From Pirellulales bacterium (GTDB lineage Bacteria > Planctomycetota > Planctomycetia > Pirellulales > UBA1268), in assembly GCA_049695995.1 (NCBI GenBank), contig JBAVTF010000115.1, forward strand, positions 1,669 to 65,668: a stretch of DNA of 64,000 nucleotides, given 5' to 3'. The notes beneath the pieces are model-generated. The model searched no databases and was not told the DNA's origin. It saw nothing but the letters and a program-made list of their open reading frames with translations. Positions 20,982 through 30,045 of this stretch are shown in pieces. Position 1 is the stretch's first letter; every line of letters begins with the position of its first letter. Position numbers and translations under genes: made by a program.

Positions 20982-22436
20982 ATGAGCGGCATACCGTCAC
21001 GAATTGGTGAGCTCGTCCTACCCGCCCGCCGGTCGTTTCTGCGGGATGCCGGCCTTGGCTTCGGCGGCCTGGCGCTCGCGTCGCTCCTCGGCGAGGAGTC
21101 CCGGGGGAACACGGCCACGGGAGTCTCGGCGCCCCGTGCGCTACCCCATCACCCGCCGAAGGCGAAGCGGGTGATCTGGCTGTTCATGACGGGAGCCCCG
21201 TCGCAGGTCGATACCTGGGACTACAAGCCCGAACTCCAGGCCCGCAGTGGCCAGCCCCTGCCCGGAGCCGACAGCCAGGTGGGCTTCTTTCAGACCAGCG
21301 GCAAGTGTCTGGCGAGCCCGTTCAAGTGGGCCCAGCATGGCAACTCTGGCACGTGGGTGAGCGACCTGTTTCCGCACCTCTCGAAGCACGTGGATGACAT
21401 GTGCTTCATCCACTCGATGCATCTGCGAGCCAACAACCACGCCCCGGCCGCGATGGAGCTGATGAGCGGATTCAGCAGGCCGGGCATGCCGAGCATGGGG
21501 GCCTGGCTCGACTACGGCCTCGGCAGCATGAACCGCGATCTGCCCAGCTTCGTGGTGATGCACGAGCGGAAGCCCCGTGGCGACGACCAGATCTGGTCGG
21601 CCGGCTTCCTGCCGAAGAGCCACCAGGCCCTCGCCATCGACGCCCGCCGGCCGGTGGCGATCGACAACCTGGCGCTTCGCGCGGGGCATACCCTCGATTC
21701 GCAGCGGGCGCAGCTTGATCTCTTGGCCGCGCTCAATGCCGAGCACGCGTCGCTCCGGCCAACGCAGGCCGACCTCGCCGCCCGCATCTCGAGCTTCGAG
21801 CTGGCCTACCGAATGCAAACCGCCGCCCCAGAGGCGATCGATCTCACGCAGGAGTCGAAGCTCACGCACGAGCTCTACGGGACGAACGACCCCAACTGCC
21901 AGGTGTTCGCGAAGCAGTGCCTCACGGCGCGGCGGCTTCTGGAACGGGGCGTGCGGTTCATCCAGATCTTCGCCGGAAAGAATGCGGGCGGTGATGGGGC
22001 GGTGGACGACGTGCCGTGGGACGGCCACTCCAACATCGAGACCAACCACCGCCGGTGCGGCCTGGCCACCGATCGGCCGGCTGCCGCGCTCCTCTCCGAC
22101 CTCAAGAGCCGTGGCATGCTCGACGATACGCTCGTGATTTGGGGGGGCGAGTTCGGCCGCACGAGCGACTCACAGGGGGGCAAAGGCCGCGACCACAATC
22201 CCGGCGGGTTCACGATCTGGGTGGCCGGCGGTGGCGTGAAGCCGGGCTATCACTACGGCTCGACCGATCCCTTCGGCTACAAGGCCGTGGAGAACAAGGT
22301 GCACGTCAACGACCTGCACGCCACGCTCCTGCACCTGCTCGGCATCGACCACGAGCAGCTCACCTACCGCCACAACGGCCGCAACTTCCGGCTCACCGAC
22401 GTGGGTGGCCACGTGATCCACGATCTGATCGCGTGA
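20982..22436 (+). CDS. DUF1501 (sulfatase-like) protein with a Tat signal
   Basis: An SD (GGAGGAG) precedes the ATG. The twin-arginine signal is RRSFLRDAGLGFGGLALA. The C-terminal region (GGEFGRT...GRDHN) is typical of DUF1501. Confidence 0.9.
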   Translation: MSGIPSRIGELVLPARRSFLRDAGLGFGGLALASLLGEESRGNTATGVSAPRALPHHPPKAKRVIWLFMTGAPSQVDTWDYKPELQARSGQPLPGADSQVGFFQTSGKCLASPFKWAQHGNSGTWVSDLFPHLSKHVDDMCFIHSMHLRANNHAPAAMELMSGFSRPGMPSMGAWLDYGLGSMNRDLPSFVVMHERKPRGDDQIWSAGFLPKSHQALAIDARRPVAIDNLALRAGHTLDSQRAQLDLLAALNAEHASLRPTQADLAARISSFELAYRMQTAAPEAIDLTQESKLTHELYGTNDPNCQVFAKQCLTARRLLERGVRFIQIFAGKNAGGDGAVDDVPWDGHSNIETNHRRCGLATDRPAAALLSDLKSRGMLDDTLVIWGGEFGRTSDSQGGKGRDHNPGGFTIWVAGGGVKPGYHYGSTDPFGYKAVENKVHVNDLHATLLHLLGIDHEQLTYRHNGRNFRLTDVGGHVIHDLIA

Positions 22437-22454
22437 GTTGCCCGGTCACGCACG

Positions 22455-22475
22455 GTAGCCCGGTTACGCCGTGAC
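22455..22475 (+). repeat. Palindromic boundary motif copy a (GTAGCCCGGTTACGCCGTGAC)
   Basis: It matches copy b at 19 of 21 positions. A half-copy (CCCGGTCACGC) precedes it at 22441-22451. Confidence 0.85.
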
Positions 22476-22494
22476 ATGCCCACAGGTGAGCCGC

Positions 22495-23430
22495 ATGCGA
22501 TTACCCCTCCGAATTGCGAGCGTCGTCGCCCTTCTGCTGCTCGCCGCGGTCGTGCTGGGCGACGAGCCGTTTCCGGTGGAACTCGTGGACTTCGGGCCGC
22601 CGTCGGGGCATCCGCTCTTCGCTGGGAGCGGCCCTACTGCCTGGGATCGGGATCTCCGCGAGCGGGGCTGGATCATGCGGGAGGGAAACCGCTGGTCGCT
22701 CTGGTACACCGGCTCGAACCCCGACCGTGATCCGGTGCGGCGGCTGGGCCTGGCCACGAGCACCGACGGCCTCAACTGGACGCGTTCGAGTGCGAATCCC
22801 CTCGTGCGAGACGCCTGGGTCGAGGATGTCTGTGTGGTGCGGCATGCCGGTCGGTATCTCATGTTTGCCGAGGGAGAGCAGGACATCGCCCACCTACTCG
22901 CGTCGTTCGACCGCGTGCACTGGCGGCGGTGCGGACCGCTCGAGATCCGTCGCGCCGCAGGCGGTCCGATCCCTGACGGGCCGCGGGGCACGCCCGCGGT
23001 GTGGCTCGAGCGTGGCGTCTGGCATCTCTTCTACGAGCGGATGGACGAGGGCGTCTGGCTGGCGACGTCCACCGACGGCCGCGTGTTCACCAACGTCGAT
23101 GACCAGCCAGTGCTCGCTTGCGGCCCCGAGCCCTACGACCGCCACGCGATCGCCGTCGATCAGATCGTGCGGCATGCCGGCCGCTACTACGCCTACTACC
23201 ATTCCAGTCCGCGGGAGGATCGCGCCACCTGGCAGACGTGCCTCGCCACGAGCACCGATCTCGTGCACTGGACGAAGTACCTCGGCAACCCGATCCTGCC
23301 GGTCGACCCCGAGGCGCCGAAGCGATCGAGCGCGACGCTCGTGCATGACGGCCACAGATTCCGTCTCTACACGACCCATCCCGATGTGCGTGTTCGGTTC
23401 GGCATCAGCCCCAAGTCGGCGGCACAGTAG
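22495..23430 (+). CDS. Five-bladed beta-propeller glycosidase-like protein (GH43/GH130 clan), secreted
   Basis: A signal peptide (MRLPLRIASVVALLLLAAVVLG) is present. Blade motifs repeat (W.L.YTG....LGLATSTDGLNW / VWLATSTDGRVF / CLATSTDLVHW). Confidence 0.6.
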   Translation: MRLPLRIASVVALLLLAAVVLGDEPFPVELVDFGPPSGHPLFAGSGPTAWDRDLRERGWIMREGNRWSLWYTGSNPDRDPVRRLGLATSTDGLNWTRSSANPLVRDAWVEDVCVVRHAGRYLMFAEGEQDIAHLLASFDRVHWRRCGPLEIRRAAGGPIPDGPRGTPAVWLERGVWHLFYERMDEGVWLATSTDGRVFTNVDDQPVLACGPEPYDRHAIAVDQIVRHAGRYYAYYHSSPREDRATWQTCLATSTDLVHWTKYLGNPILPVDPEAPKRSSATLVHDGHRFRLYTTHPDVRVRFGISPKSAAQ

Positions 23431-23448
23431 CCCGGTCACGCTGTGACC
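23427..23448 (+). repeat. Palindromic boundary motif copy b (GTAGCCCGGTCACGCTGTGACC)
   Basis: The core is GGTCAC-GCT-GTGACC, a perfect 6-bp inverted repeat. The motif contains the TAG stop of the upstream gene and is followed by an A6 run. Confidence 0.85.
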
Positions 23449-23466
23449 GAAAAAACAGCCAGCATG

Positions 23467-24555
23467 TCACGGCGTGACTCGCCCACTCGGCAGATCGAAA
23501 TCCCCAGTCATGTCGCGCCAGATACAGTGGATGTGGTTGGCGGGATTGCCTTCGGCGTCGGGCTGGACGTTCACGAACTCGATCAGAAACGTCGGCCCCG
23601 TCACGCGGTAGGCGTGGCCGATGCCCGGCTCGAGGGCGCCGAACCAGGCGAACCGGACGGCGTTCCAGCCCTCCGGCGTTCCCTCGATCAGTCGCAGCCG
23701 CTCCGCGGCTATCTCGGCAGGCATCCATGTGCAGTAGGCATCGACGAGCCGCCGGAGCACCGCCTGCTGCTCCGCCGAGAGGTCTCCACAGCGGATGCCG
23801 GTGGCCGGCTCCAGCGGCGGCTGCGGCTCACCCGCGGCGCGAATTTCCTTTGGCGCCTCGGCGGTCACGGCCTCGGCCCGCTGGGCGGCGGTGAGCGATC
23901 GCACGAGTTCGAAGGCGAGCATCTCTTCATCGCGGAGCACCCGCTGGCCGGGCTCCGGCAGGGCCGCATACGACGTCTTCACCTCCGCCGGATTGGCCCC
24001 TATGAACTGCGGCGTGGAATCGACCACGGCCCCGTCGCGAATCGAGAAGTTGAACGACAGGTGATGCCCCTCGATGGACAGGCTCCAGACGCCGCTGTCG
24101 GCGGGTGTGCCGAAGATGGTGAAGAAGTAGCGCTTCGGGTCGCGGATGTTCTTCGCCCGGTCCCCCTCCAGTCGCCGTAGGATCTCCTCCAGGCTCATAA
24201 TGATGAGTGACTTGTCGTAGCCGGTCTGGGAGAGAGCTGAGCGGAGGAGCGTCAGGGCGGCCTGCTCCTGGGCTGGCGTCATGTCGCGGAGCTGCACGCC
24301 CTTGCGCGCGGCCTTGGGCACGAAGTGCCAGTCGGTGCGGGTTGCCTCGCCGAAGGGCCGCAAGCCACGGGCTTTCTGGTCGGCATCGAGTGTGTCGAGC
24401 CAGGCGGTCGCAGCCTGCGACAGCGACATGGCCGTGGGCTGCCGCAATGCTGCAGCGCGCGTCGTCGCCACGGCGGCGCTGACGATCCCGATCATTGCCA
24501 GAGCCGCTGTCAGCCGGCGGCTGTCATGGAAGACATACGGCATCCCAAACGACAT
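23467..24555 (-). CDS. DUF3500 domain protein, secreted
   Basis: A signal peptide is present. The characteristic pattern is WHFVP...G..L..M...Q......LL...L...GY....IM.LE..L and SIEGHHLS.NF. The start could be ATG 24555 or ATG 24543. Confidence 0.7.
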   Translation of the reverse strand: MSFGMPYVFHDSRRLTAALAMIGIVSAAVATTRAAALRQPTAMSLSQAATAWLDTLDADQKARGLRPFGEATRTDWHFVPKAARKGVQLRDMTPAQEQAALTLLRSALSQTGYDKSLIIMSLEEILRRLEGDRAKNIRDPKRYFFTIFGTPADSGVWSLSIEGHHLSFNFSIRDGAVVDSTPQFIGANPAEVKTSYAALPEPGQRVLRDEEMLAFELVRSLTAAQRAEAVTAEAPKEIRAAGEPQPPLEPATGIRCGDLSAEQQAVLRRLVDAYCTWMPAEIAAERLRLIEGTPEGWNAVRFAWFGALEPGIGHAYRVTGPTFLIEFVNVQPDAEGNPANHIHCIWRDMTGDFDLPSGRVTP

Positions 24556-24577
24556 CCTTGCTCTCCGCGTAAAAGGG

Positions 24578-25288
24578 TCAGTCGTGTTCCCGGGCGGGAT
24601 CACGGTCGTGATGGACCTGATCGACATGCACGTGCACGTCGGAATGCTCTTGAAAATACTTCCTCCAGCCGTCGTCCGACACCCCGGCACCATCAAGATA
24701 CAGGTTCCAGAGGCCCGGGAGCCGGGCAATCGCATCGAGCCCGTCGTCACCGAGCGGAACGTCGATCAGATGCAGCGACCGCAGTTGCACGAGTTCGGCG
24801 ACGGCGCGGCCGACATCGGCTCCGGCGAGGTGCGGGCCGCCAAGCCGCAGGCTCCGGAGCCGGGGAAGCGTTGCGAGCGCACGGATGCCGGCTGGCGTGC
24901 AGGCCGCCTGCGGCACATTGAGGTCGCGTAGGCGACCGCAGCGACCGAGTTCCCGGAAGCCGGCATCGGAGAGCGGTGATTCGCGGAGCACGAGCCGTTC
25001 GAGATCGGGCAGTGTCGCGAGCACCTTGGCCCGCGTGTCGTCGGCGACGCCGGCGTTGAGAACGAGCTCCCGCAGTCCTGCGAGGCCGCGGAGCGATTCC
25101 CACTCGGTGACGGAGAGCGGCTGATCCGCCGTGATCCTCGCTCCCTTGCCGGTCCGCACGGCGGCCACCTGGGTGGAGATCGACACGGACGCTGTGCGTG
25201 GCGGCTCGCGGCTTCCGCCATCCGGCGCGGCCGGATGACAGCCGGGGCAGCATGCCACCGCGAGCAGAACGAGGCAGACGATTCTCAT
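24578..25288 (-). CDS. Leucine-rich-repeat lipoprotein with a His-rich C-terminal tail
   Basis: The N-terminus is MRIVCLVLLAVACCPGC, and LRR units repeat (LRELVL, LERLVL, LRDLNV, LRSLRL, LRSLHL, LWNLYL). The tail is HSDVHVHVDQVHHDRDPAREHD. Its ATG overlaps the AraC stop (ATGA). Confidence 0.65.
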   Translation of the reverse strand: MRIVCLVLLAVACCPGCHPAAPDGGSREPPRTASVSISTQVAAVRTGKGARITADQPLSVTEWESLRGLAGLRELVLNAGVADDTRAKVLATLPDLERLVLRESPLSDAGFRELGRCGRLRDLNVPQAACTPAGIRALATLPRLRSLRLGGPHLAGADVGRAVAELVQLRSLHLIDVPLGDDGLDAIARLPGLWNLYLDGAGVSDDGWRKYFQEHSDVHVHVDQVHHDRDPAREHD

Positions 25289-26061
25289 GAGCGATTGCGG
25301 CAGGGGCGACGCGCCGGCGATCCCGGTGAGTGATGGGCGGCGCGATACTGCGACGGCGTCTGGCCCATGATTCGGCGGAACGTCCGGGTGAAATGGGCGT
25401 GGTCGTGGAAGCCACAGGCGACGGCGACGGTGGCGATCGGATCGTGGGTCTCCGCGAGCCGGCGGCAGGCGGCCTCGACTCGCACCCGAAGGAAATACTG
25501 CCGGGGCGACGTCTCGACCAGCTGGCGAAACAGCCGGTCGAAAGTGCTCGGCGACATCCCGGCAATCCGAGCCCAGTCCCGGCTCGACAGGTTCTCGCCG
25601 TAGCGCTCGTGCATCCGCTCGATGACGCGGGCCACCGGCTCCACGCCGCCGGGCCGTTCCCGCAGTTGCTCGATGCGCCGCGAGATGCCGGCCACGCCGA
25701 TCACGCAGCCAGCGCGGTCGTGCAGCGGCACCTTCGTCGTCATGACGAGCCGCGGCGTTCCCTGCCGCGCTGGTGCGCTCTCGATTCGGTTGATGATCGG
25801 AATGCCAGTCCGGATCACCTCGGCATCGTCGCGGGCATACTCGTCGGCTCGGCGGCGTCCGAAGAACTCCCGATCCGTGCGGCCGACCGCGTCGGCCTCG
25901 CTCGTCACGCCGCAGAACTCGCATCCCAGGCGGTTGAGGGCGGTGAATCGTCCCCGGCGGTCCTTCGCGAAGAACGACACGTCGGGCAGGAGCGCGAAGA
26001 GCTGCACGAGGTCGCCACCGGCGACCCGCGACCAGAAGGCTTGTTGAAGTCGGGCTGACAC
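25285..26061 (-). CDS. AraC-family transcriptional regulator with an N-terminal PAS-like sensor domain
   Basis: The C-terminal HTH is IAGMSPSTFDRLFRQ...CGFHDHAHFTRTFRRIMGQTPSQYR. A PAS-like segment lies upstream (FFAKDRRGRFTALN...). The start is uncertain, and I chose GTG 26061. Confidence 0.7.
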   Translation of the reverse strand: MSARLQQAFWSRVAGGDLVQLFALLPDVSFFAKDRRGRFTALNRLGCEFCGVTSEADAVGRTDREFFGRRRADEYARDDAEVIRTGIPIINRIESAPARQGTPRLVMTTKVPLHDRAGCVIGVAGISRRIEQLRERPGGVEPVARVIERMHERYGENLSSRDWARIAGMSPSTFDRLFRQLVETSPRQYFLRVRVEAACRRLAETHDPIATVAVACGFHDHAHFTRTFRRIMGQTPSQYRAAHHSPGSPARRPCRNRS

Positions 26062-26160
26062 GAGAGTGGATTGTGCAAGCTGGTGCCAGCGCGATGCAAG
26101 ACAGCCGCAGCCGCGCGGCGTAGGGTAGTCAGTGGATCGTGTCCGCGGAGAACCCCTGTA

Positions 26161-27303
26161 ATGGCCGACATTCCCGACCCCTTTCGCGAGCCCCGGCGGA
26201 CCGCGGGCGTTCTTGGCCTGCCCACCGACCGCGAAACGATCCCGCTGATCCTGCGGCACGAGGATGTCCGGAAGGCAGCGAAGGACTGGCAAACGTACAG
26301 TTCCGCCGCCCCGTTCCGCGTACCGATTCCGTCCGAGGAGCACCTGCGGAGCGTACGGCAGCTGCCGATCGAGACCGACCCGCCCGAACACACGGAGTAT
26401 CGAGAGCTTGTCGAGCCGTTCTTCCTGCGGGCCAAGCAGCCGGCGTTCATCGCCCGCATCGAGGCGATCGTCGATCAGCTGCTGGCGGAGGCGGTCGGTC
26501 GCGACTCGATCGAGGCGGTTGGTGCACTCGCGTTGCCACTCCAGTCACGGGCGCTCACGGTCCTGCTCGGCGTGCCCGAGAAGGAGGCCGAGAGATTCAT
26601 CGGCTGGGGCGTGCACGTGTTTCATGGTGAGCACGGCGTGCGGCAGGCGGCCGAGCTGGAGCGGTACTTGAACGAGCAGTTCGAGCTGGCGGCGGCGCAT
26701 CCAGGTGATGACTTCTACGGCCTCCTGACGAAGGCCATGTTTCGCGGACGGCCACTCACGCGGGCGGAGCAGCTGGGCTTTGCGAACCTCATGTTCGCCG
26801 GCGGCCGTGACACGGTGATTCACTCCGTGGCCTGTGCGATTGGCTACCTGGCGGAGCATCCGGACGCGCTCGACTTCCTGCGGGCCGATCCCGCTCGGAT
26901 CGTGCATGCCAGCGAGGAGTTTTTCCGCGTGTTCATGCCGCTCACGCACATCGGCCGCGTCTGCCCGGTGGATACCGAGGTGCATGGCATGACGGTCAAG
27001 GCCGGCGACCGGGCGAGTCTCTGCTGGGCGTCGGCAAACCTCGACCAGACGGTCTTCGACGCGGCCGACGAGGTACGGCTCGACCGGCGGCCGAATCCGC
27101 ACGTCTCGTTCGGATTCGGTGGGCACCTTTGTCTCGGGGCAGCCCATGCCCGCACGGTCATGCGGGCGTTGCTGGCCCGGCTGTGTGCCCGCGTCGAGCG
27201 AATCGAACTGATCTCGAAGACGGATCGCGTCGAGCACACGACCGCCTACGACCGGCCGCTCGGCTACGAGTCGCTCGTCGTCCGGCTGCACGCCGGCTCG
27301 TAG
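26161..27303 (+). CDS. Cytochrome P450
   Basis: The heme-binding loop is FGFGGHLCLGAAHAR. An EXXR-like element and the I-helix motif FAGGRDTV are present. The gene is divergent from the AraC gene. Confidence 0.9.
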   Translation: MADIPDPFREPRRTAGVLGLPTDRETIPLILRHEDVRKAAKDWQTYSSAAPFRVPIPSEEHLRSVRQLPIETDPPEHTEYRELVEPFFLRAKQPAFIARIEAIVDQLLAEAVGRDSIEAVGALALPLQSRALTVLLGVPEKEAERFIGWGVHVFHGEHGVRQAAELERYLNEQFELAAAHPGDDFYGLLTKAMFRGRPLTRAEQLGFANLMFAGGRDTVIHSVACAIGYLAEHPDALDFLRADPARIVHASEEFFRVFMPLTHIGRVCPVDTEVHGMTVKAGDRASLCWASANLDQTVFDAADEVRLDRRPNPHVSFGFGGHLCLGAAHARTVMRALLARLCARVERIELISKTDRVEHTTAYDRPLGYESLVVRLHAGS

Positions 27304-27326
27304 GCCCGTCACTCCGTGACGGGCCC
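27300..27326 (+). repeat. Palindromic boundary motif copy c (GTAGGCCCGTCACTCCGTGACGGGCCC)
   Basis: GGCCCGTCAC-TCC-GTGACGGGCC forms a perfect 10-bp inverted repeat with a 3-nt spacer. The motif contains the P450 TAG stop and matches copy d at 25 of 27 positions. Confidence 0.9.
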
Positions 27327-27621
27327 TTGCCCGTTGCGGAGCCGCTTCAGTCGCCAGCGACCGGCCGGCGGTGTTCGCGCCGGCTGCCGGTGCCGTGAAT
27401 TCCGTCGTACTCCACGACCTGCCTCCCGTCGAATGCAGGCAGTACGTGTCGCGGTAGCGGTCGCAAGCCCGGCCAGCCTGGCGATGGATGCCACCCGCTG
27501 GCGATGCAGGTGTCTACGCGGGCGACGCGCGGGCATCGCTTCTCAAGTCAGGGACCCGCAGTATTCTAAGCGGCGTTAACTAAGTTCCGAGCACAATGCC
27601 GTCAGCGGGAGGGTCGCAGCC

Positions 27622-28842
27622 ATGAATGCGCTGGTGAATGATCGCGGCTCGGGATGGCCCGTGCGGATGGCGCGCTTCGTTGGCTGCGTCTGCCTGCACG
27701 CAGCAGCCTTCGCCTCAACGAAAGATGCCGAGCCAATGCACGCGCCCTTTCATGCTCCCACGCAACGTCCCTTCGGCACCCTGCCGGATGGCCGCCCCGT
27801 ATCGCTCTTTATGCTCGAAGTGCCTGGCGGCTGGCGGGCCGAGATTACTGACTACGGGGCGATTCTCACGGAGTTTCACGTGCCGGTCGGCTTAGGATCC
27901 GACGGGAAGCCGGTCGATGTCGTCCTAGGATGCGACACGCTCGCTGGTTATCTCGCAGGCCATCCTTATTTCGGCGCCACGTGCGGCCGCGTTTCGAATC
28001 GCATCGCGGGGGGTGCGTTTGAGTTGGACGGAAAGCGATACACACTCGCAAAGAACAATGGGGCAAACCACCTGCACGGTGGTCTCGTTGGCTTCGACAA
28101 AAAGCTGTGGAAGGCGACGCCCCGGCTGGCCGAACGCGGCCCTGCCGTCGATTTCGAAATCGTGTCGCCGGCCGGCGACGAGGGCTATCCCGGCGCGGTC
28201 ACGGCGCGGGTCACCTACACCCTCACGCTCGACGGCGAACTATGGGTCGAGATGTCGGCCACGACCGACGCGCCGACGATCGTGAATATGGTGCACCATT
28301 CCTATTGGAACCTCGCCGGTCACGCTGCGGGCACGATCCGCGGCCATGAGCTCGCGGTGGCCGCCGATGCCTATCTACCGGTCGATGCCGGTGGCATTCC
28401 CACGGGCGGCTTGGCAACGGTCGCCGGCACGCCGTTCGACCTCCGGCCCGAGCGGCGGCCCGCGGTTATCCTGGGCACGGCGATCGACGGCCTGCCCCCG
28501 AGCGGCGACGGCAGGAATCCAGGTGGCATCGACCACAACTTCGTGGTCCGTGGCTGGCAGCCCGATGGCAACCTGCGGTCGGTGGCCGTCCTTCGCGATC
28601 CGGCGAGCGGCCGAACGCTCGAGATTCTCAGCGACCAGCCGGGCATCCAGATCTACACCGGCAACTTTCTTGACGGCAGTGTGAAGGGCAAGGATGGCGT
28701 GGCCTACGCCAAGCAAGCCGCCATCTGCCTGGAGACACAGAAGTATCCCGATGCCATCCATCATCCGGAGTGGCCGAGCACCCGGCTCGACCCGGGGCAG
28801 ACCTATCGCCACACGATGGTCCATCGGTTTGGCGTGCGGTGA
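27622..28842 (+). CDS. galM: Aldose 1-epimerase (galactose mutarotase)
   Basis: Visible motifs are ITDYGAIL, GATCGRVSNRIAGG.F.LDGK.Y.L..NNG.NHLHGG and HHSYWNL. The start is uncertain, with alternatives at 27667 and 27736. Confidence 0.85.
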   Translation: MNALVNDRGSGWPVRMARFVGCVCLHAAAFASTKDAEPMHAPFHAPTQRPFGTLPDGRPVSLFMLEVPGGWRAEITDYGAILTEFHVPVGLGSDGKPVDVVLGCDTLAGYLAGHPYFGATCGRVSNRIAGGAFELDGKRYTLAKNNGANHLHGGLVGFDKKLWKATPRLAERGPAVDFEIVSPAGDEGYPGAVTARVTYTLTLDGELWVEMSATTDAPTIVNMVHHSYWNLAGHAAGTIRGHELAVAADAYLPVDAGGIPTGGLATVAGTPFDLRPERRPAVILGTAIDGLPPSGDGRNPGGIDHNFVVRGWQPDGNLRSVAVLRDPASGRTLEILSDQPGIQIYTGNFLDGSVKGKDGVAYAKQAAICLETQKYPDAIHHPEWPSTRLDPGQTYRHTMVHRFGVR

Positions 28843-28853
28843 GTCATCCTGCC

Positions 28854-30023
28854 ATGAGTCATGCGGACAATCGCGTCGAATCGACGCTCCTGCGGCGGAT
28901 CAACGAGCGGCGGCTGCTCGAGGCTATTCAGCGGCACGGTCCGTCGTCACGGGCCGCGCTCACGCGGTTGTCGGGGCTCACGGCACCCACCGTCTCCAAA
29001 GCAGTCGATTCGCTGCTCAAGCGGGGCCTGGTGGAGGAGCGCGAGCCCGTCGAGCAGGCGTTGGGGCGGCCCGGACGGCTCGTGCGGATGGCCGCGGACT
29101 CGGCGTTCGTGCTCGGCGTGGTGATCGATGCGGGCACGTGCTGCGTGGTAGCTGCCGGCCTGGAAGGCGCGGTCACCGAGGAGCGGACCGTCCGGTTTCC
29201 GACGCCGGCGAGCTACGCCGCGCTGCTCGACGCGGTGGAAGCGGCGTGCCGGACCTTGATCCAGAGGCGCGATGCCGCCGTCCACGGGATCGGCGTGAGC
29301 GTGCCGGGACTCGTGAACGAGCGGCTCGAGGAGATCGTCTTCTCGCCCAACCTGCATCTGCTCGACAAGCACAATCCCGCGCATGACCTGGAGCAGCGGC
29401 TCGGCCTGCGGTGCGTGCTGGTGCAGGGGAGCGACGCGCTGGTGCTCGGCGAGCGGATGGTCGGCGATGCGCGGGATCTCGACGACTTCGCGGTGCTCGA
29501 CGCGGCCTTGGGTCTCGGCCTGGGCGTGATGAGCGGTGGCCGTCTGCTCGCGGGCCATAGCGGCATGGCGGGGGAGGTGGGGCACATCACCGCCGTGGCC
29601 GACGGCGTGCGGTGCGGCTGCGGCAATCGCGGCTGTCTCGAAACGCTCGCCACCGACGCCGCCCTGCTGCGGCTGCTCGCCGAGAAGCTGGGCCGGCCGG
29701 CCGACATCGACGAGGTGGCGACGTTGCTCGATGACCGCCCCGGCGATTTCCAGCACGAGATCCGCACGGTCACCGAATACCTGGCGATCACGATCGCCGC
29801 CGTCATCAACATCTTCAATCCGACGACGCTCTTCGTGCGCGGGCGACTGCTGGCGGGCTCGCCCGAGCGATTCGCCCGGGTGCTCGAACGGGTGAAGCAA
29901 CGAACGCTCACCGCATCGCTCGCCGAGTGTGCGATCGTGGCCACGAAGTCGAGCAAGCGACAGGGGGCCATTGCCGGCATCGTTCACCATCTGACGAACT
30001 CGTGGGCCCCATCGATCCGCTGA
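28854..30023 (+). CDS. ROK-family transcriptional regulator (NagC/XylR-like)
   Basis: An N-terminal wHTH (RRINERRLLEAIQRHGPSSRAALTRLSGLTAPTVSKAVDSLL) is followed by a ROK sugar-kinase fold with the zinc motif GHI.....G..CGCGNRGCLE. Confidence 0.8.
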   Translation: MSHADNRVESTLLRRINERRLLEAIQRHGPSSRAALTRLSGLTAPTVSKAVDSLLKRGLVEEREPVEQALGRPGRLVRMAADSAFVLGVVIDAGTCCVVAAGLEGAVTEERTVRFPTPASYAALLDAVEAACRTLIQRRDAAVHGIGVSVPGLVNERLEEIVFSPNLHLLDKHNPAHDLEQRLGLRCVLVQGSDALVLGERMVGDARDLDDFAVLDAALGLGLGVMSGGRLLAGHSGMAGEVGHITAVADGVRCGCGNRGCLETLATDAALLRLLAEKLGRPADIDEVATLLDDRPGDFQHEIRTVTEYLAITIAAVINIFNPTTLFVRGRLLAGSPERFARVLERVKQRTLTASLAECAIVATKSSKRQGAIAGIVHHLTNSWAPSIR

Positions 30024-30045
30024 GCCTGTCTCATTCGGAGCGTTC

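Noticed and set aside
25289-25924. The upstream part of the 448-aa ORF 24578..25924, which would extend the LRR protein.
   Set aside because: It overlaps the AraC-family gene in another frame. The LRR protein has a clear signal peptide starting at ATG 25288.
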